In this document: one piece after another, positions 1-11,508 of the stretch
Numbering within the stretch: the stretch's first letter is position 1
Layout: each line of letters begins with the position of its first letter
Virus record (IMG/VR): IMGVR_UViG_3300042878_001341
Span: 14,963 to 78,962 of that record
Direction: 5' to 3' (one strand)
Length of the DNA stretch: 64,000 bases
From: a virus
Program-made: the position numbers and the translations under genes
The notes under the pieces: generated by a model
The model's database searches: none
What the model was told of the DNA's origin: nothing
The model's input: only the letters and a program-made list of their open reading frames with translations

Positions 1-1
1 T

Positions 2-3000
2 AATAGATTAACGGGAACTTACTTCCCTGTATCTTTTATTCCTGGTGATTATTTTGATGAATCGTTTATTGATAACCCACAAACTGAAGCGGCATTAAAT
101 GTTGCAAATACCCTAACGGGTGGATTCTTAGGTCCAATATTAAATAAGTTTAAAAATCCTTCAGAGATATTTGTTGCAAATACAGGGTTTGGTCAAAGAT
201 CGGTATTGTTCTCAAGTTTAGATTATAACAAATATAGACCTGCTTACAATAGAGGTATTATACAAGGAGCCACAAGTGCAATTGACAGATTGTTTGATAA
301 AGATAAGTCACAAACGGGTGGTTATTATGTTGGTAGTTCTAATTCGGAACCTTCGCAAATTGACTCTCCTGCAAATCAAGTTCCTATTGGAAAAAATGGT
401 AGACAAGTACAAACCATTGTATATGGTCCGCAAGAACTTGGTATTTTATATGAAGGTAATGACGCTCAATTACAGTTTGGTTTAAAAGGTAAATCATATA
501 GTGATGGTGGTGGTATTAGTGGCCAATTTGTTTGGACATCACCAAAATATAAAGATAATGCAGGATTTAAAGTCGGACCTGGTGGGGTACCAACAAGGTT
601 GGACAACGAGTTTGAAGCAATTAAAAGTGATTATGGTAGATACCAATCTACTGATATTGATTTCAAAGGAGACTCAATATTAGATAAGACACAAAGACTT
701 ATTGAATCTGCCGATCAAGTACAAGGTCAAGCAAGGTTAAAACACGTAGGTAATGCAATTAACCAAGTATCTAAGGTATTCAATGATGGATACAAAGAGA
801 TGACAAAGGGTTCTATGGTATTATCATATACGGATCAGACCGATGGGTCTCAAGCGGGTATTGAGTATTGTAGAGTGTTCCAAAAGGATACTCCTTACTT
901 TACGTATGCTGACTTACAAAAGAGTGATGGTATTACAACTGAAGGTAGGAAATTCTCGTATTCAGTTTTGGATAAGACATATAATCTTAACATTGCTCCA
1001 CTTAAGAATCCGGGATCAACAAACATTGTAGACAACAAAGTTAAAAAATATATGTTCTCTATTGAGAATTTAGCGTGGAGAACTTCAGACAGACCTGGGT
1101 TTACTTACGATGATTTACCTGTTTGTGAAAAAGGACCAAACGGTGGTAGAGTCATGTGGTTTCCGCCTTATGACATTTCATTTAGTGATGATAGCACACC
1201 TGATTTTTCGTCTACCAATTTCTTGGGTAGACCTGAACCAATTTACACATATAAAAATACTTCAAGAAAAGGTAGTATAAGTTGGAAGATTGTTGTTGAC
1301 CACCCTGCAATTATGAATACGATTATTCAGAAACAATTAGCGGGGGTTGCAAAACAAAGAGTTGATTCAATTGTTGATTCATTCTTTGCGGGATGTACAA
1401 AATATGATATGTATGAATTGGGTATTAAATTTAATACGATACCAACAAGAGACTTATTCACATACCAACAGATTTTAAATAATCCAAGGTTAACCAACGA
1501 AGAATTGGGGCAAGTGGCGTTTGAGATACCTGCAGACGCTGGCGTAGTTACCAAAGGTAATACTGAGGGCGCTGATGGATCAAAAGATAGTGTGGGAGCA
1601 ACTAGTACTACAAAAGATGGAACAACAACATTAGAAGATTCTGATATTTTAAAAGAATTTTTAAATTATGGATTTTATTTTGAAAATGATTGTCCTGAAT
1701 GTTATGGTACATATGCAACAACTTCATCAAAACCATTTGATAGTTGGTATGATTCATATATCCCTAAACAAAGTACAACATATGTAACAAAAGCACCTGC
1801 AAAAGTATATGTTGGGGATAAAGAATTTACAAAAGAAGGTGTACAAACATTTTTTAATAATGTTATTAAGGATAATTTTAATAAATTAAAAACTGATTTT
1901 TTAGCAAAGTTAAAAGAAGTGATAATAGATAAAGGTGGTACTGTTGAATTAACATTAAGAGGTTCCGCATCGGCACCTGCAACAGTAGGATATAACTTGA
2001 ATTTATCTAAAAGAAGAGTTGACACTGTACAAAAATGGTTTAAAAATCAAAAACTTGGGGATAAACTTATAAGTGAATTACCTTCAGACAAATTTAAAAT
2101 TACAGTTCAAACACAAGGAGAAACTGAAGTTGTAACTGTTGGTACCGCTAATGGTGGTAATGGAGAACCAATTAATTGTACTACAAATATAACTTTAACA
2201 TCGGGATCCCCAATTACAAGTGGTAGTACTGCCGGAACATCAGCTAATAGTGCGGCACAATGGTGGTCAGTTCCTGCCATGGCTTGTAGAAGAGTTGCGT
2301 TATCAGAAATTAAAGTTAAAGTTCCACCTGAACCAAAACCTGTGGATACACCACCTACTGAAATAGTAACACCACCAAATGAGAATCCTACTAACACATA
2401 TATACCTGGAAATCCATCTAGTACAATCAAACCTACGCCTAATTTAAGAATTGAACAAAAAATTAAAGAAGGTATATCTAAAAAAATATTAAGATTCTTA
2501 TTCTCAGAATGTGATTACTTTGAGGTTATTAAGGAAACTGATCCTATGGTATATGATAGCATCAAACAAAAGATTAAGTACTTCAACCCTGCGTTCCACT
2601 CAACAACACCTGAGGGATTAAATGCGAGATTAACATTCTTAAATCAATGTATGAGACCGGGACAAACAATTCCTGTGATTGGACCTGATGGTAGACCAAA
2701 ATATAATGATGCGTTAAACACATCATTTGGGGCACCACCAATCTTAATTTTAAGAATGGGTGACTTTTATAATAGTAAGATTGTACCAACGTCATTAAGT
2801 ATCACATATGATCCTATTACATTTGACTTAAATCCTGAAGGTATTGGTGTACAACCAATGATTGCTAAAGTAACAATGGCATTTAACTTTATTGGTGGTC
2901 ATGGACTTAAAGAACCTGTTGAAGAATTACAAAACGCATTATCGTTTAACTATTATGCGAATACTGAGATTTACGACGAAAGAGCAACGGCAACAGAAAG

Positions 3001-4246
3001 TACTGAGGCAAGAGACAAATACATGGTTGAGAAGATATTATCTAACCAACCAAAGGTAACGACTGCTGATGTTGTTAATCAACAACCAAAAAGAGGTGGA
3101 GAAGCAATTGGAACAATATCAGGAGAATCGGATATAGATTATACTAAATTTGTTAATGATTATTGGAATAGTACTAAAGAATATTTTGACGCTTATATCA
3201 ATACAAATGCGGCAATTGGTAAAAATTATAACATAGGTATTCTTGATTTATTATATACTGATAGAGATTATTCTAAAGGTACTGCCGAATTTACTCCTGA
3301 AATAGAAGTGCCAATTTATGGTAAACCAAGTAATGTTGAAGACAAGTTAGAAAAATTATTTGATAAAGTTAATGGGGATATTTCAGGTAGAAACGATCCA
3401 TTTATGCAAATAGTAGTATCTAATGATCAGTCTATAAACAATAGTGACAAAAGAGAAATTGAAAATAAATTAAAGGAATATGTAACAGGACTTAAACCCG
3501 ACTTTATTACTAACGTGAGTAATAGTGTTAAGGATTTAGTTTTATTACAACAGGACTATATTCAATATATACGAAAGGCTAATTTGGTATTATCAAAAAC
3601 GGATGGTATAATGAATTCAAATAATGAACCTCAGGTATATGATATTTCGGGGGATACTTTTACTCAATTAGAAGATTATTTGAAAAAAATAACAGACAAA
3701 CATATTGAATTTAACGACGCTAAGGGTGTTGTAAAGTTTGATGAATGTTTATATTTAAACGAAGATAATTATAAAAAGTCATCTTCTACGTTTATAGATG
3801 GTAATACGTCTACCGCCGATTTGATAACGTCAAGAAATCAGAGTGGTTTAATGGCTAATGAACCGGCTAATAGATTTTATCAAGTTATGGCAAATGTATT
3901 AAATGATGAAAATAGTAAAAATGAGTTAAAAACTTTTATTCTTAATAGTCAAAATTATAGTAATATACAATTTGTGACTGAAGTAGTTGATAAAGCCACT
4001 ACTGGTTGTTCGGATAGATTTAAATCTTATACTGAAATAAATAAAAAGAGATATGATGGTATTAAAACTAACGAAAGATATTTAACATTAATAAAAAGTC
4101 CGATTGAGGATAATGTTAAATTTGGGTTAAAGTACGCAAAAGTTAGTGGGACATCACAACAAAAAAAGGAAATAAAAGATTTATATTCAAATGTGAATGT
4201 GAATAATAAAGAAAAAACCTTTGATGGTAAAATTAAATTTAATTAA
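2..4246 (+). CDS. Baseplate tail-tube-initiator-like protein (gp48/gp54/P2 gpU-like) with inserted OmpA-like domain; 5'-truncated by window
   Basis: Frame is open from nt 2, so TTG at 206 is probably not the true start. Tube-like motifs FPPYDISFSD..FLGRPEPIYTYKNTSR and PPILILRMGDFYNSKIV..DLNPEGIGVQPM flank an OmpA-like segment (YFEND..LRGSAS..YNLNLSKRR..CRRV). Followed by LysM-like and hub genes. Confidence 0.7.
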   Translation, partial: NRLTGTYFPVSFIPGDYFDESFIDNPQTEAALNVANTLTGGFLGPILNKFKNPSEIFVANTGFGQRSVLFSSLDYNKYRPAYNRGIIQGATSAIDRLFDKDKSQTGGYYVGSSNSEPSQIDSPANQVPIGKNGRQVQTIVYGPQELGILYEGNDAQLQFGLKGKSYSDGGGISGQFVWTSPKYKDNAGFKVGPGGVPTRLDNEFEAIKSDYGRYQSTDIDFKGDSILDKTQRLIESADQVQGQARLKHVGNAINQVSKVFNDGYKEMTKGSMVLSYTDQTDGSQAGIEYCRVFQKDTPYFTYADLQKSDGITTEGRKFSYSVLDKTYNLNIAPLKNPGSTNIVDNKVKKYMFSIENLAWRTSDRPGFTYDDLPVCEKGPNGGRVMWFPPYDISFSDDSTPDFSSTNFLGRPEPIYTYKNTSRKGSISWKIVVDHPAIMNTIIQKQLAGVAKQRVDSIVDSFFAGCTKYDMYELGIKFNTIPTRDLFTYQQILNNPRLTNEELGQVAFEIPADAGVVTKGNTEGADGSKDSVGATSTTKDGTTTLEDSDILKEFLNYGFYFENDCPECYGTYATTSSKPFDSWYDSYIPKQSTTYVTKAPAKVYVGDKEFTKEGVQTFFNNVIKDNFNKLKTDFLAKLKEVIIDKGGTVELTLRGSASAPATVGYNLNLSKRRVDTVQKWFKNQKLGDKLISELPSDKFKITVQTQGETEVVTVGTANGGNGEPINCTTNITLTSGSPITSGSTAGTSANSAAQWWSVPAMACRRVALSEIKVKVPPEPKPVDTPPTEIVTPPNENPTNTYIPGNPSSTIKPTPNLRIEQKIKEGISKKILRFLFSECDYFEVIKETDPMVYDSIKQKIKYFNPAFHSTTPEGLNARLTFLNQCMRPGQTIPVIGPDGRPKYNDALNTSFGAPPILILRMGDFYNSKIVPTSLSITYDPITFDLNPEGIGVQPMIAKVTMAFNFIGGHGLKEPVEELQNALSFNYYANTEIYDERATATESTEARDKYMVEKILSNQPKVTTADVVNQQPKRGGEAIGTISGESDIDYTKFVNDYWNSTKEYFDAYINTNAAIGKNYNIGILDLLYTDRDYSKGTAEFTPEIEVPIYGKPSNVEDKLEKLFDKVNGDISGRNDPFMQIVVSNDQSINNSDKREIENKLKEYVTGLKPDFITNVSNSVKDLVLLQQDYIQYIRKANLVLSKTDGIMNSNNEPQVYDISGDTFTQLEDYLKKITDKHIEFNDAKGVVKFDECLYLNEDNYKKSSSTFIDGNTSTADLITSRNQSGLMANEPANRFYQVMANVLNDENSKNELKTFILNSQNYSNIQFVTEVVDKATTGCSDRFKSYTEINKKRYDGIKTNERYLTLIKSPIEDNVKFGLKYAKVSGTSQQKKEIKDLYSNVNVNNKEKTFDGKIKFN

Positions 4247-4248
4247 AA

Positions 4249-4572
4249 ATGAATTTACAATATTATAACAGATATAATGAGTTTTTAATAAATGGACAAC
4301 AAACCGTTACTCCATATATAAATTTACCTGCAAAAACAACTGATAAGAATTTTATTTATAAAGTTGGACAATCAAGGTTGGATAAGATATCATTTCAATT
4401 CTATAACACACCTTATTTTGGGTGGTTAGTACAAATGGCAAACCCACAGTATAGTGGATTGGAATCAAACATACCCGATGGGGCAATTTTAACAATACCA
4501 TTCCCCCTTGTTAAATCATTACAGGATTATAAAAACGAATTAGATAATTATTTCTTCTATTATGGTAGATAA
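4249..4572 (+). CDS. LysM-like baseplate wedge protein (gp53/P2 gpX-like)
   Basis: YKVGQSRLDKISFQFY..WLVQMANP..IPDGAILTIP is a LysM/tail-X pattern; lies between tube initiator and hub. Confidence 0.75.
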   Translation: MNLQYYNRYNEFLINGQQTVTPYINLPAKTTDKNFIYKVGQSRLDKISFQFYNTPYFGWLVQMANPQYSGLESNIPDGAILTIPFPLVKSLQDYKNELDNYFFYYGR

Positions 4573-7500
4573 AGGTGAAAACATATTAGTGGAATTTGAT
4601 TATGACAACATTACCTTAATAGATCCAAACAAAATTGTAGACAATGAAGGTAAAGTTAGTGATAGATTAGTTAAACATGAGAACCTTGTGTTCTATGCAA
4701 ATCTTGAGTGTAACGTATTACCAAGAACTAAATTGGCGTTAGGGTCGGCATTAAACGATTCTATTAGAACAGTTTCCGTTGGTAAGATCAATTTCTTAAA
4801 TCCGGGTAATAAAACCTTTTTAGATAATAGATATACCGATGAGATTACGGGTAAAGGATCCGTACAGGGTAAAGGTGTAAACCAACCTAAATTAAATGCG
4901 GTTCAAAACCCAAACAAATCTGATGATTTTTATCTTACACAGAGTACATATTCAAACGGAACTCCTGGTGCGGTTGATAATGGTTTATTAGGTATAACCG
5001 ATATACAGGTTGCAATTGACACAAGTTTCTTACCTACGGTGACAGTTAACTTAACCGATGTTAAGGGTAGAGCGTTGTTTGAAGGTGGTAATAATTCACC
5101 ATATTCTGCGTTTTTCCAATTACCATACCCAATGTTTTATTTAACATTAAAGGGGTATTATGGTAAGGCGGTTAGATTGCCATTAATGTTACAATCGTTT
5201 ACATCAAACTTTGACAATACGACTGGTAACTTTAAGATTGTATTGAAATTTTTTGGATACAAATATACGGTAATGTCATATGTTAATTGGGGGGCAATGA
5301 TGGCGGTCCCACATATGTACAATAATTTTGTGTCAACCGTACAATCAATTACAAATACTCCGGCAGCAACAAACCTTGAGGTAGTAACTGCAAAACCTGT
5401 GAGTAGAGGATTTCAAAAAATGAAAGAATTATATTCTGAATATAAAGCCAAAGGTTTGGTTGATGATGATTTCCCTGAGATTACAATCACACAATTAAAG
5501 GCTCGTTTAGATAGATTTATAAAAAACATATTAGAAAAATTCACTAAAGAAAATTTGGGAGTTTTAACTGAGTTGGATAATTTCCAAACACAATTAACCG
5601 AGTTTCAAAAAAAGGTATTCTTTTATGGAGATTCATGGTTTGAAACATATATGGATAAAACCAATTCATATAGTTTAAAGGATACTAAGGAGGTTGTTTA
5701 CACTTTCAAAAAAGAATATTCTGATCCTAATAAACAAGCTGAGGCTCAAACCAAATTAAGTGGGATATTCACTGAATATCAAAAACTTTTTGAAAGTAAT
5801 AGTGTTGCGGGTAAAAATGGTAGTTATACCGTTGGTGGTAAAACAACAAAAAGTGAGGTACCTGTAAATGCAACCGTGGAAAAATGTGAAGCAAAAATTA
5901 ATCCACTTACGGATATTGATTACGCAAAAACATATGAAGAAAGAAATGGTAAACCCGCAAAAACACAAATAGAATTAGATACATTCATTGCATCTAATGG
6001 GGTTCCACCTAATACTAAATTTTTTGTATTTGAGGGTGTGGATCACTTTATTGACATTACTGAAAAATCTGCAAAAGACTCATCAACTCTTAGAAGACAA
6101 ATTGAAGAAAAAATATCTGAAAATCTTAACGAACAATTAAGTAATAAAGAAACGGGTGTTGGATTTAAACCTTCAATTAGAAATATATTGGCAGTTTTCT
6201 TTGCTCAAGGAGAGGCGTTCATCCGATTAATGGATGATGTACACTCAAAGGCTTGGGATATAAGGGAAAATAAATATAGACAACAAGCAATATTTGGAAG
6301 TAACAGTAGTGCTCAAAGTGTTGATGTTAAATCTTCCACTCAAAATAATGAACCAATATATCCATGGCCTCAAGTCATAAGAGAAACATTAGGTGATGAC
6401 AAACAAGAAAAGTTTGAAATTGTTTACCCTGGTGATAAATCAATTGCTACTATGACAAAGGCTTATATACCTGAGATATGGCCTGAGGTTGAATTTGTGG
6501 AAGAGTTTATTAAAGGTTATGTGGATAGAGAGCCTAAAAATCCTGACTACGGTGATGAATCAAATGTATTAACAAAACCTAGTAGGTTAAGTTTAAATGC
6601 TCTTGATTTTCCTGTAACAAACGAAATATTCCAAAACAAAGAAGAGATTAAATTCTTTTATGAAATATATGAAAGAGTTATGGTTAATACCTATTACTCT
6701 AAATTAAATAGACAATCAGGGTATGATGCTAGTATATTCATGGTTGAGGCTGAGGACGAAAAAATCAATATATTAAAAAGTTTGGGTAATGATAATCCAT
6801 TTTTAACTCAAAAATTAAAACAATATTTAATTGATCAAAATAATTTCTTAACATTCTTAAGACATATTTCAAATCAAGGTGAGGGTGAAAGTTGGCAAAA
6901 ATTCATAAGAGGTGAGTTTACAATTAATTATATTAAGAACAAAACCAATACACCATTTGAGTTATTTAATCAGGAAATTCTAACAAATGAAAGATCACAA
7001 CCTGATGTTTCATTAACCGATGAATCTAAAATAATTGATTATATTGGGAACCAAACATCAAGTAATGAATTTGATTTTTCCGATATGTACCCGATTACTA
7101 ATTTTGATTGGTGTAAAAATTATCTTGCGGATGGAAAAGCATTACAAAATGTAAATTTGGCTTACAACACTAAAGATGTATTATCTTACAATACGACTCA
7201 TAAGACTATATGTAATTTTAAAAACGACGACACTAACGATAAGAAAAGACCTATAACTAATTTTAATTATAAAGCGGATGTGTTTAGTCAAAATATTGAT
7301 ACATCTAATTTCAAAACATTCTATAATAATAGAAAAATTGAAGAACAATTTACAACTGAAGGTAATTTAAATTACTCTAACTATGATGGTTTTGTAACGG
7401 ATACTCAAACGACCTCAATATTGAATACTCCTTATTTTATAAACGCAATACAAAGTGGTGTATATAATTTTAGATATAAATCTGATGATTTAGCATCGTA

Positions 7501-10500
7501 TAAACAGGCGGCATATCTATTCTTGAATAGTTTACCATTAGCGAGTCTTAGAGAAAAATATAGGTCATACAATGAACCTAATGATTTAAGTTATATACTA
7601 TCAACAATTAAGAAATTCGGGGCGGTACATAAATTACCATACGCTTGGATTGTTAAATACGGATCAATTTGGCATAGATACAAAACTTGGAATGAAAAAG
7701 GTATTGATATGTTGGATGAGGTTTGGACTGATTTTAATTATTTAGGTAATTATGATCCTGTTACTTCAGCGTCTACAAAGGTATATAGTTTAAACATTGA
7801 AGGATTCCAAAATAATATTGTCTTGGAAGACACGGTAACTGCAACACCAAATTTGGTCACATATAATTCAACAACAATGAACACAGGGTTCTACCCTAAG
7901 TTGTATGATGATATGAATGTATTTCTACAAGGATTACAACTATTTTCAGGTGTCACACAATTAAATGGTACTTGTACTATTACAGGTACAACAATGGATG
8001 TTTTAACTATTAACGATAATAATTTGGCACCTGGTTTAGTATTAGCGGGACCAAACATTGAAGTTGGAACAACAATAGTGTCACAAGTTACCGGTAATAC
8101 AGGAGGTATTGGACAATATATTGTTGATATATCACAAGATTCCCTAAGTAATGTGTTTTATGTTACCAACTCGGCAACAGGTGGGTATTCACAAACTGAA
8201 ATACAAGGGTTAATTAATGATGGTAAGTTAGTGATGACCACAAATTCATTGGGTAAGATTATTGAAATAAGTGGTTTTGATCCTAACGATAATGATAGGT
8301 CGTTAAAAATAACCCCTTGGTCAACAATTGTTAAAACAACTGAAGGTGATAAATATTTTGTAATGCCGTCTTTTGGTTATACAAAAAATCAAACAAGAGA
8401 TGAGTGTTTTAAGAATAACAAATTAAAAGTTGAGGTTTCAAGTAACCCTGCGGTGTTTAACGGATCGGTTAGATTATTTTGGGGAGCACCTAATTACGGG
8501 TATTTTGATAATACAAAAATTTCAAAACCAAATCCTGATTCATACTTAAAAGAAATATTGTCAGATAAGAAAATACAACAGAACTTTTCATTAAATGGGG
8601 ATAACACAAAATACAATAAGATATCTGAAATGTTCACAACATTTGATACGGAAGTATTAGATTACTTTGAACAAGAGTTCTTGAATTTTAGTAGATCAAT
8701 TTACGATTATAATACATTAGTTCCAAGTGATAAAGATGTTGAAACAGAATCTGAAAGATCATATAAGAACTTCCAATTGTTAATGAGAGAATTATTGGTT
8801 GTTGAAAAACCGTCAACTCTTAATTCTGAGGGGATGATTAATTCGGTAATTGAAAAACAAAAATCAACTTTCCAAGGAATATTAACTAATTTCTTAGAGT
8901 ATAATGTTGTATTAAAGATGGGTAATCCTTCTATGTTTGATAGAAGAACATTCTTAACCTTCTCAACTAAATTCTTAATTGATCCTGTATCATACCAAGG
9001 ATATAATCAAGGGACAACAGGTGGTTTACCGTCAAATGGTGGGACAATTACATTGGCCCAATCAAAAAGTGAAAACCCTGAAACATGGAAAGCGTTAGAG
9101 AAATATGTAGGGTTTTCTGAAATACCAGAATTAGTGTATTCAGACAATGGATCATATATTACTGACTTCTTTATTGATTTGAATGTTCAGTTTACTGAGA
9201 AAAATGTTAAAGATTTTGCTCCGTTGATTATGTTATATGCAACACAAAAACTTAATAATTTTGAAATCCCAACAAATAATGTTGTTATTCCAAACCCTGT
9301 TCCGACACCTGCACCAAGTCCTCAAACACCTGGTGATTTATTAACGGTTGTAACACTTAAAGATACTAAAACAATTTCGGTATATAAATTTGGGACACAA
9401 AAATATGGTGTTTATAAAGACGCAACAGGAACAATTATTTATACTGGGCCGACACAAAATGCGTTTCAATATCCTTTAAATAGTACAATAGTTGATCAAA
9501 TTATTATAATTCAATATGATGCTTTAGCAACAACTCCTAATGATAATCAATTTATTATTAGTACTGTTAATATAACACCTTCACAAGTTACAACAACCAC
9601 AACTACCCTTCCTATTGTTCAAAATTTAGGTAATAGTGTTGATGGTGTTAAGTTTTATGGTCTTATGGATCAATACCTTGATAAATCTGAAACTTATCTT
9701 AAAAATGTTATTTCTAATTTAATGACAGGTGTGAGAGCCGGATTACCAAGTATTACAATTGAAGGAGATAAAGGTAATAGAGCTCAACTTGAGGGAGAAC
9801 AAACACGAGTTGAAATATGGGAAACATTTAAAGCATTCAATGACACATGGGTTGCAGGCGGAGACTTTAAATCAAAAACATTATTTGAAGATGTTCTATT
9901 ATTTGATAGAGCAAGTAGAGATGTTGGTCAAAAAGTATATGTAGATATCTTTAAGGTTAAGGATTTAATTGAGGGATCTCTAACAAAGAATAATATGTTA
10001 GACATTATCTCAACAATACTTACGGAAAATAATTTTACTTACTTCCCATTACCCGCTTACGCTAATTTTTATAACGCACAAGATGCCGAAAAGAATCCTG
10101 TACCAAGAAGTGAAGGGTCAACTGAGTTCGCAAATTCATTTTGGGGAACGTTCTTAAATGTGGATTACAGAAACACATCACCTAAGTTCTTATGTTACTA
10201 CGCAAACAAACCTAGTCAGTATGTGGACATGAAAGATAATGTTGATTATAGATTTAGAGATGACGCTTTTGATCTTAGGAGAGCAAGTGACAATCCATTA
10301 GTTGAAAACCAATCAAATAAAAAGAATTGGGATAAATCAAATAAAGTGGTTGGTTTTAATATTGATATTAGTAATCAAAATCAGCAAATATTTAAAAACT
10401 TTAGTGTTGGTCAAGATGTTGGTAAACCTACTGCGGAATCTTTGGAAATGTTAAATCAAATGGCTAACCAAAGTAGAAATAGAAGTACAGGTTCTCAAAA

Positions 10501-11470
10501 CGTATCGTTATATAACCTTTATAGAAATAGAAGTTACGAATGTTCTGTTGATATGTTAGGTAATGCTTTAATACAACCAATGATGTATTTTAATGTGAGA
10601 AACATACCTATGTTCTCAGGACCATATATGATTACATCTGTAACACATCAAATTAGTGACGGAGATTTCAGTACAACATTTAAAGGTACAAGACAACCTT
10701 TTTATAGTTTACCTAAAATTGATAATTTTATTCAATCATTAAGTTTAAATATTATTTCTAAATTACAAGAACAAATTAAATCAAATGAAGAAAAGACAAA
10801 ATTATCAAGTGATAATGTGATATTCCAAAAAAACAATGTAATTTCAAATGTAACTGGTACTGATACAATAACTAAGAATCAAGATTGTTCAGATAAAATT
10901 AATAGTGGTTATGTTGGATATACACCTTTAGATAATCCGGCAATAACACAACTTTCATATAAAGATTTTAAAAAATTACTTGAGGATAGGATTGTTGCTA
11001 GTGGTATACCAAAAGAAACTACAAGTAATGGCGTAACAACCATAAGTGATACTTTCTTAAAATTATCGGGATTTTTATTCTCGTTTATATATTTAGATTC
11101 GGCATCATCAAGTGGTTTAAAAGCGTATGAGAATAATTATAGTACAATAAATTTAACTGAAACTTATGGGGCAATACTATCAACTACTGCTAATAAAAAA
11201 TTCTATTGTGTATCAAGAGGTACTAATTTGAATATACCTGTGGTGTCATTTATATCTGCAGAAAAATTTGTGGATTTTGCTATTGCTAAATTTAAAGATA
11301 AACTATCTTTAATAAAAACGGCTAGCGATGAAGAGATTGTCCAATTATATGTTACTAAGTATCCTAACACCCAACCTGATAATGTTTATACTGAAATGAC
11401 AGAACAAGATAAAAATACATTAAAAAATAAAGTAAAACAGTCGGTAGATATATATAACTCATTAAATTAA
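4562..11470 (+). CDS. Giant baseplate hub protein (gp27/P2 gpD-like motifs), 2302 aa
   Basis: N-terminal LGITDIQV..VTVNLTDVKG and late motif CSVDMLGNALIQPMMYF..FSGPYMITSVTHQI..FSTTFKGTR, typical of hub/late-control-D proteins; U-X-D-like synteny. Confidence 0.65.
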   Translation: MVDKGENILVEFDYDNITLIDPNKIVDNEGKVSDRLVKHENLVFYANLECNVLPRTKLALGSALNDSIRTVSVGKINFLNPGNKTFLDNRYTDEITGKGSVQGKGVNQPKLNAVQNPNKSDDFYLTQSTYSNGTPGAVDNGLLGITDIQVAIDTSFLPTVTVNLTDVKGRALFEGGNNSPYSAFFQLPYPMFYLTLKGYYGKAVRLPLMLQSFTSNFDNTTGNFKIVLKFFGYKYTVMSYVNWGAMMAVPHMYNNFVSTVQSITNTPAATNLEVVTAKPVSRGFQKMKELYSEYKAKGLVDDDFPEITITQLKARLDRFIKNILEKFTKENLGVLTELDNFQTQLTEFQKKVFFYGDSWFETYMDKTNSYSLKDTKEVVYTFKKEYSDPNKQAEAQTKLSGIFTEYQKLFESNSVAGKNGSYTVGGKTTKSEVPVNATVEKCEAKINPLTDIDYAKTYEERNGKPAKTQIELDTFIASNGVPPNTKFFVFEGVDHFIDITEKSAKDSSTLRRQIEEKISENLNEQLSNKETGVGFKPSIRNILAVFFAQGEAFIRLMDDVHSKAWDIRENKYRQQAIFGSNSSAQSVDVKSSTQNNEPIYPWPQVIRETLGDDKQEKFEIVYPGDKSIATMTKAYIPEIWPEVEFVEEFIKGYVDREPKNPDYGDESNVLTKPSRLSLNALDFPVTNEIFQNKEEIKFFYEIYERVMVNTYYSKLNRQSGYDASIFMVEAEDEKINILKSLGNDNPFLTQKLKQYLIDQNNFLTFLRHISNQGEGESWQKFIRGEFTINYIKNKTNTPFELFNQEILTNERSQPDVSLTDESKIIDYIGNQTSSNEFDFSDMYPITNFDWCKNYLADGKALQNVNLAYNTKDVLSYNTTHKTICNFKNDDTNDKKRPITNFNYKADVFSQNIDTSNFKTFYNNRKIEEQFTTEGNLNYSNYDGFVTDTQTTSILNTPYFINAIQSGVYNFRYKSDDLASYKQAAYLFLNSLPLASLREKYRSYNEPNDLSYILSTIKKFGAVHKLPYAWIVKYGSIWHRYKTWNEKGIDMLDEVWTDFNYLGNYDPVTSASTKVYSLNIEGFQNNIVLEDTVTATPNLVTYNSTTMNTGFYPKLYDDMNVFLQGLQLFSGVTQLNGTCTITGTTMDVLTINDNNLAPGLVLAGPNIEVGTTIVSQVTGNTGGIGQYIVDISQDSLSNVFYVTNSATGGYSQTEIQGLINDGKLVMTTNSLGKIIEISGFDPNDNDRSLKITPWSTIVKTTEGDKYFVMPSFGYTKNQTRDECFKNNKLKVEVSSNPAVFNGSVRLFWGAPNYGYFDNTKISKPNPDSYLKEILSDKKIQQNFSLNGDNTKYNKISEMFTTFDTEVLDYFEQEFLNFSRSIYDYNTLVPSDKDVETESERSYKNFQLLMRELLVVEKPSTLNSEGMINSVIEKQKSTFQGILTNFLEYNVVLKMGNPSMFDRRTFLTFSTKFLIDPVSYQGYNQGTTGGLPSNGGTITLAQSKSENPETWKALEKYVGFSEIPELVYSDNGSYITDFFIDLNVQFTEKNVKDFAPLIMLYATQKLNNFEIPTNNVVIPNPVPTPAPSPQTPGDLLTVVTLKDTKTISVYKFGTQKYGVYKDATGTIIYTGPTQNAFQYPLNSTIVDQIIIIQYDALATTPNDNQFIISTVNITPSQVTTTTTTLPIVQNLGNSVDGVKFYGLMDQYLDKSETYLKNVISNLMTGVRAGLPSITIEGDKGNRAQLEGEQTRVEIWETFKAFNDTWVAGGDFKSKTLFEDVLLFDRASRDVGQKVYVDIFKVKDLIEGSLTKNNMLDIISTILTENNFTYFPLPAYANFYNAQDAEKNPVPRSEGSTEFANSFWGTFLNVDYRNTSPKFLCYYANKPSQYVDMKDNVDYRFRDDAFDLRRASDNPLVENQSNKKNWDKSNKVVGFNIDISNQNQQIFKNFSVGQDVGKPTAESLEMLNQMANQSRNRSTGSQNVSLYNLYRNRSYECSVDMLGNALIQPMMYFNVRNIPMFSGPYMITSVTHQISDGDFSTTFKGTRQPFYSLPKIDNFIQSLSLNIISKLQEQIKSNEEKTKLSSDNVIFQKNNVISNVTGTDTITKNQDCSDKINSGYVGYTPLDNPAITQLSYKDFKKLLEDRIVASGIPKETTSNGVTTISDTFLKLSGFLFSFIYLDSASSSGLKAYENNYSTINLTETYGAILSTTANKKFYCVSRGTNLNIPVVSFISAEKFVDFAIAKFKDKLSLIKTASDEEIVQLYVTKYPNTQPDNVYTEMTEQDKNTLKNKVKQSVDIYNSLN

Positions 11471-11488
11471 TTTTATTGAATAACCAGA

Positions 11489-11495
11489 TATTTAT
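11489..11495 (+). promoter_or_regulatory. TATTTAT motif (putative phage late promoter)
   Basis: 13 nt upstream of ATG 11509; same motif precedes about 11 genes in the window. Confidence 0.55.
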
Positions 11496-11508
11496 AAATA
11501 AAACTATT

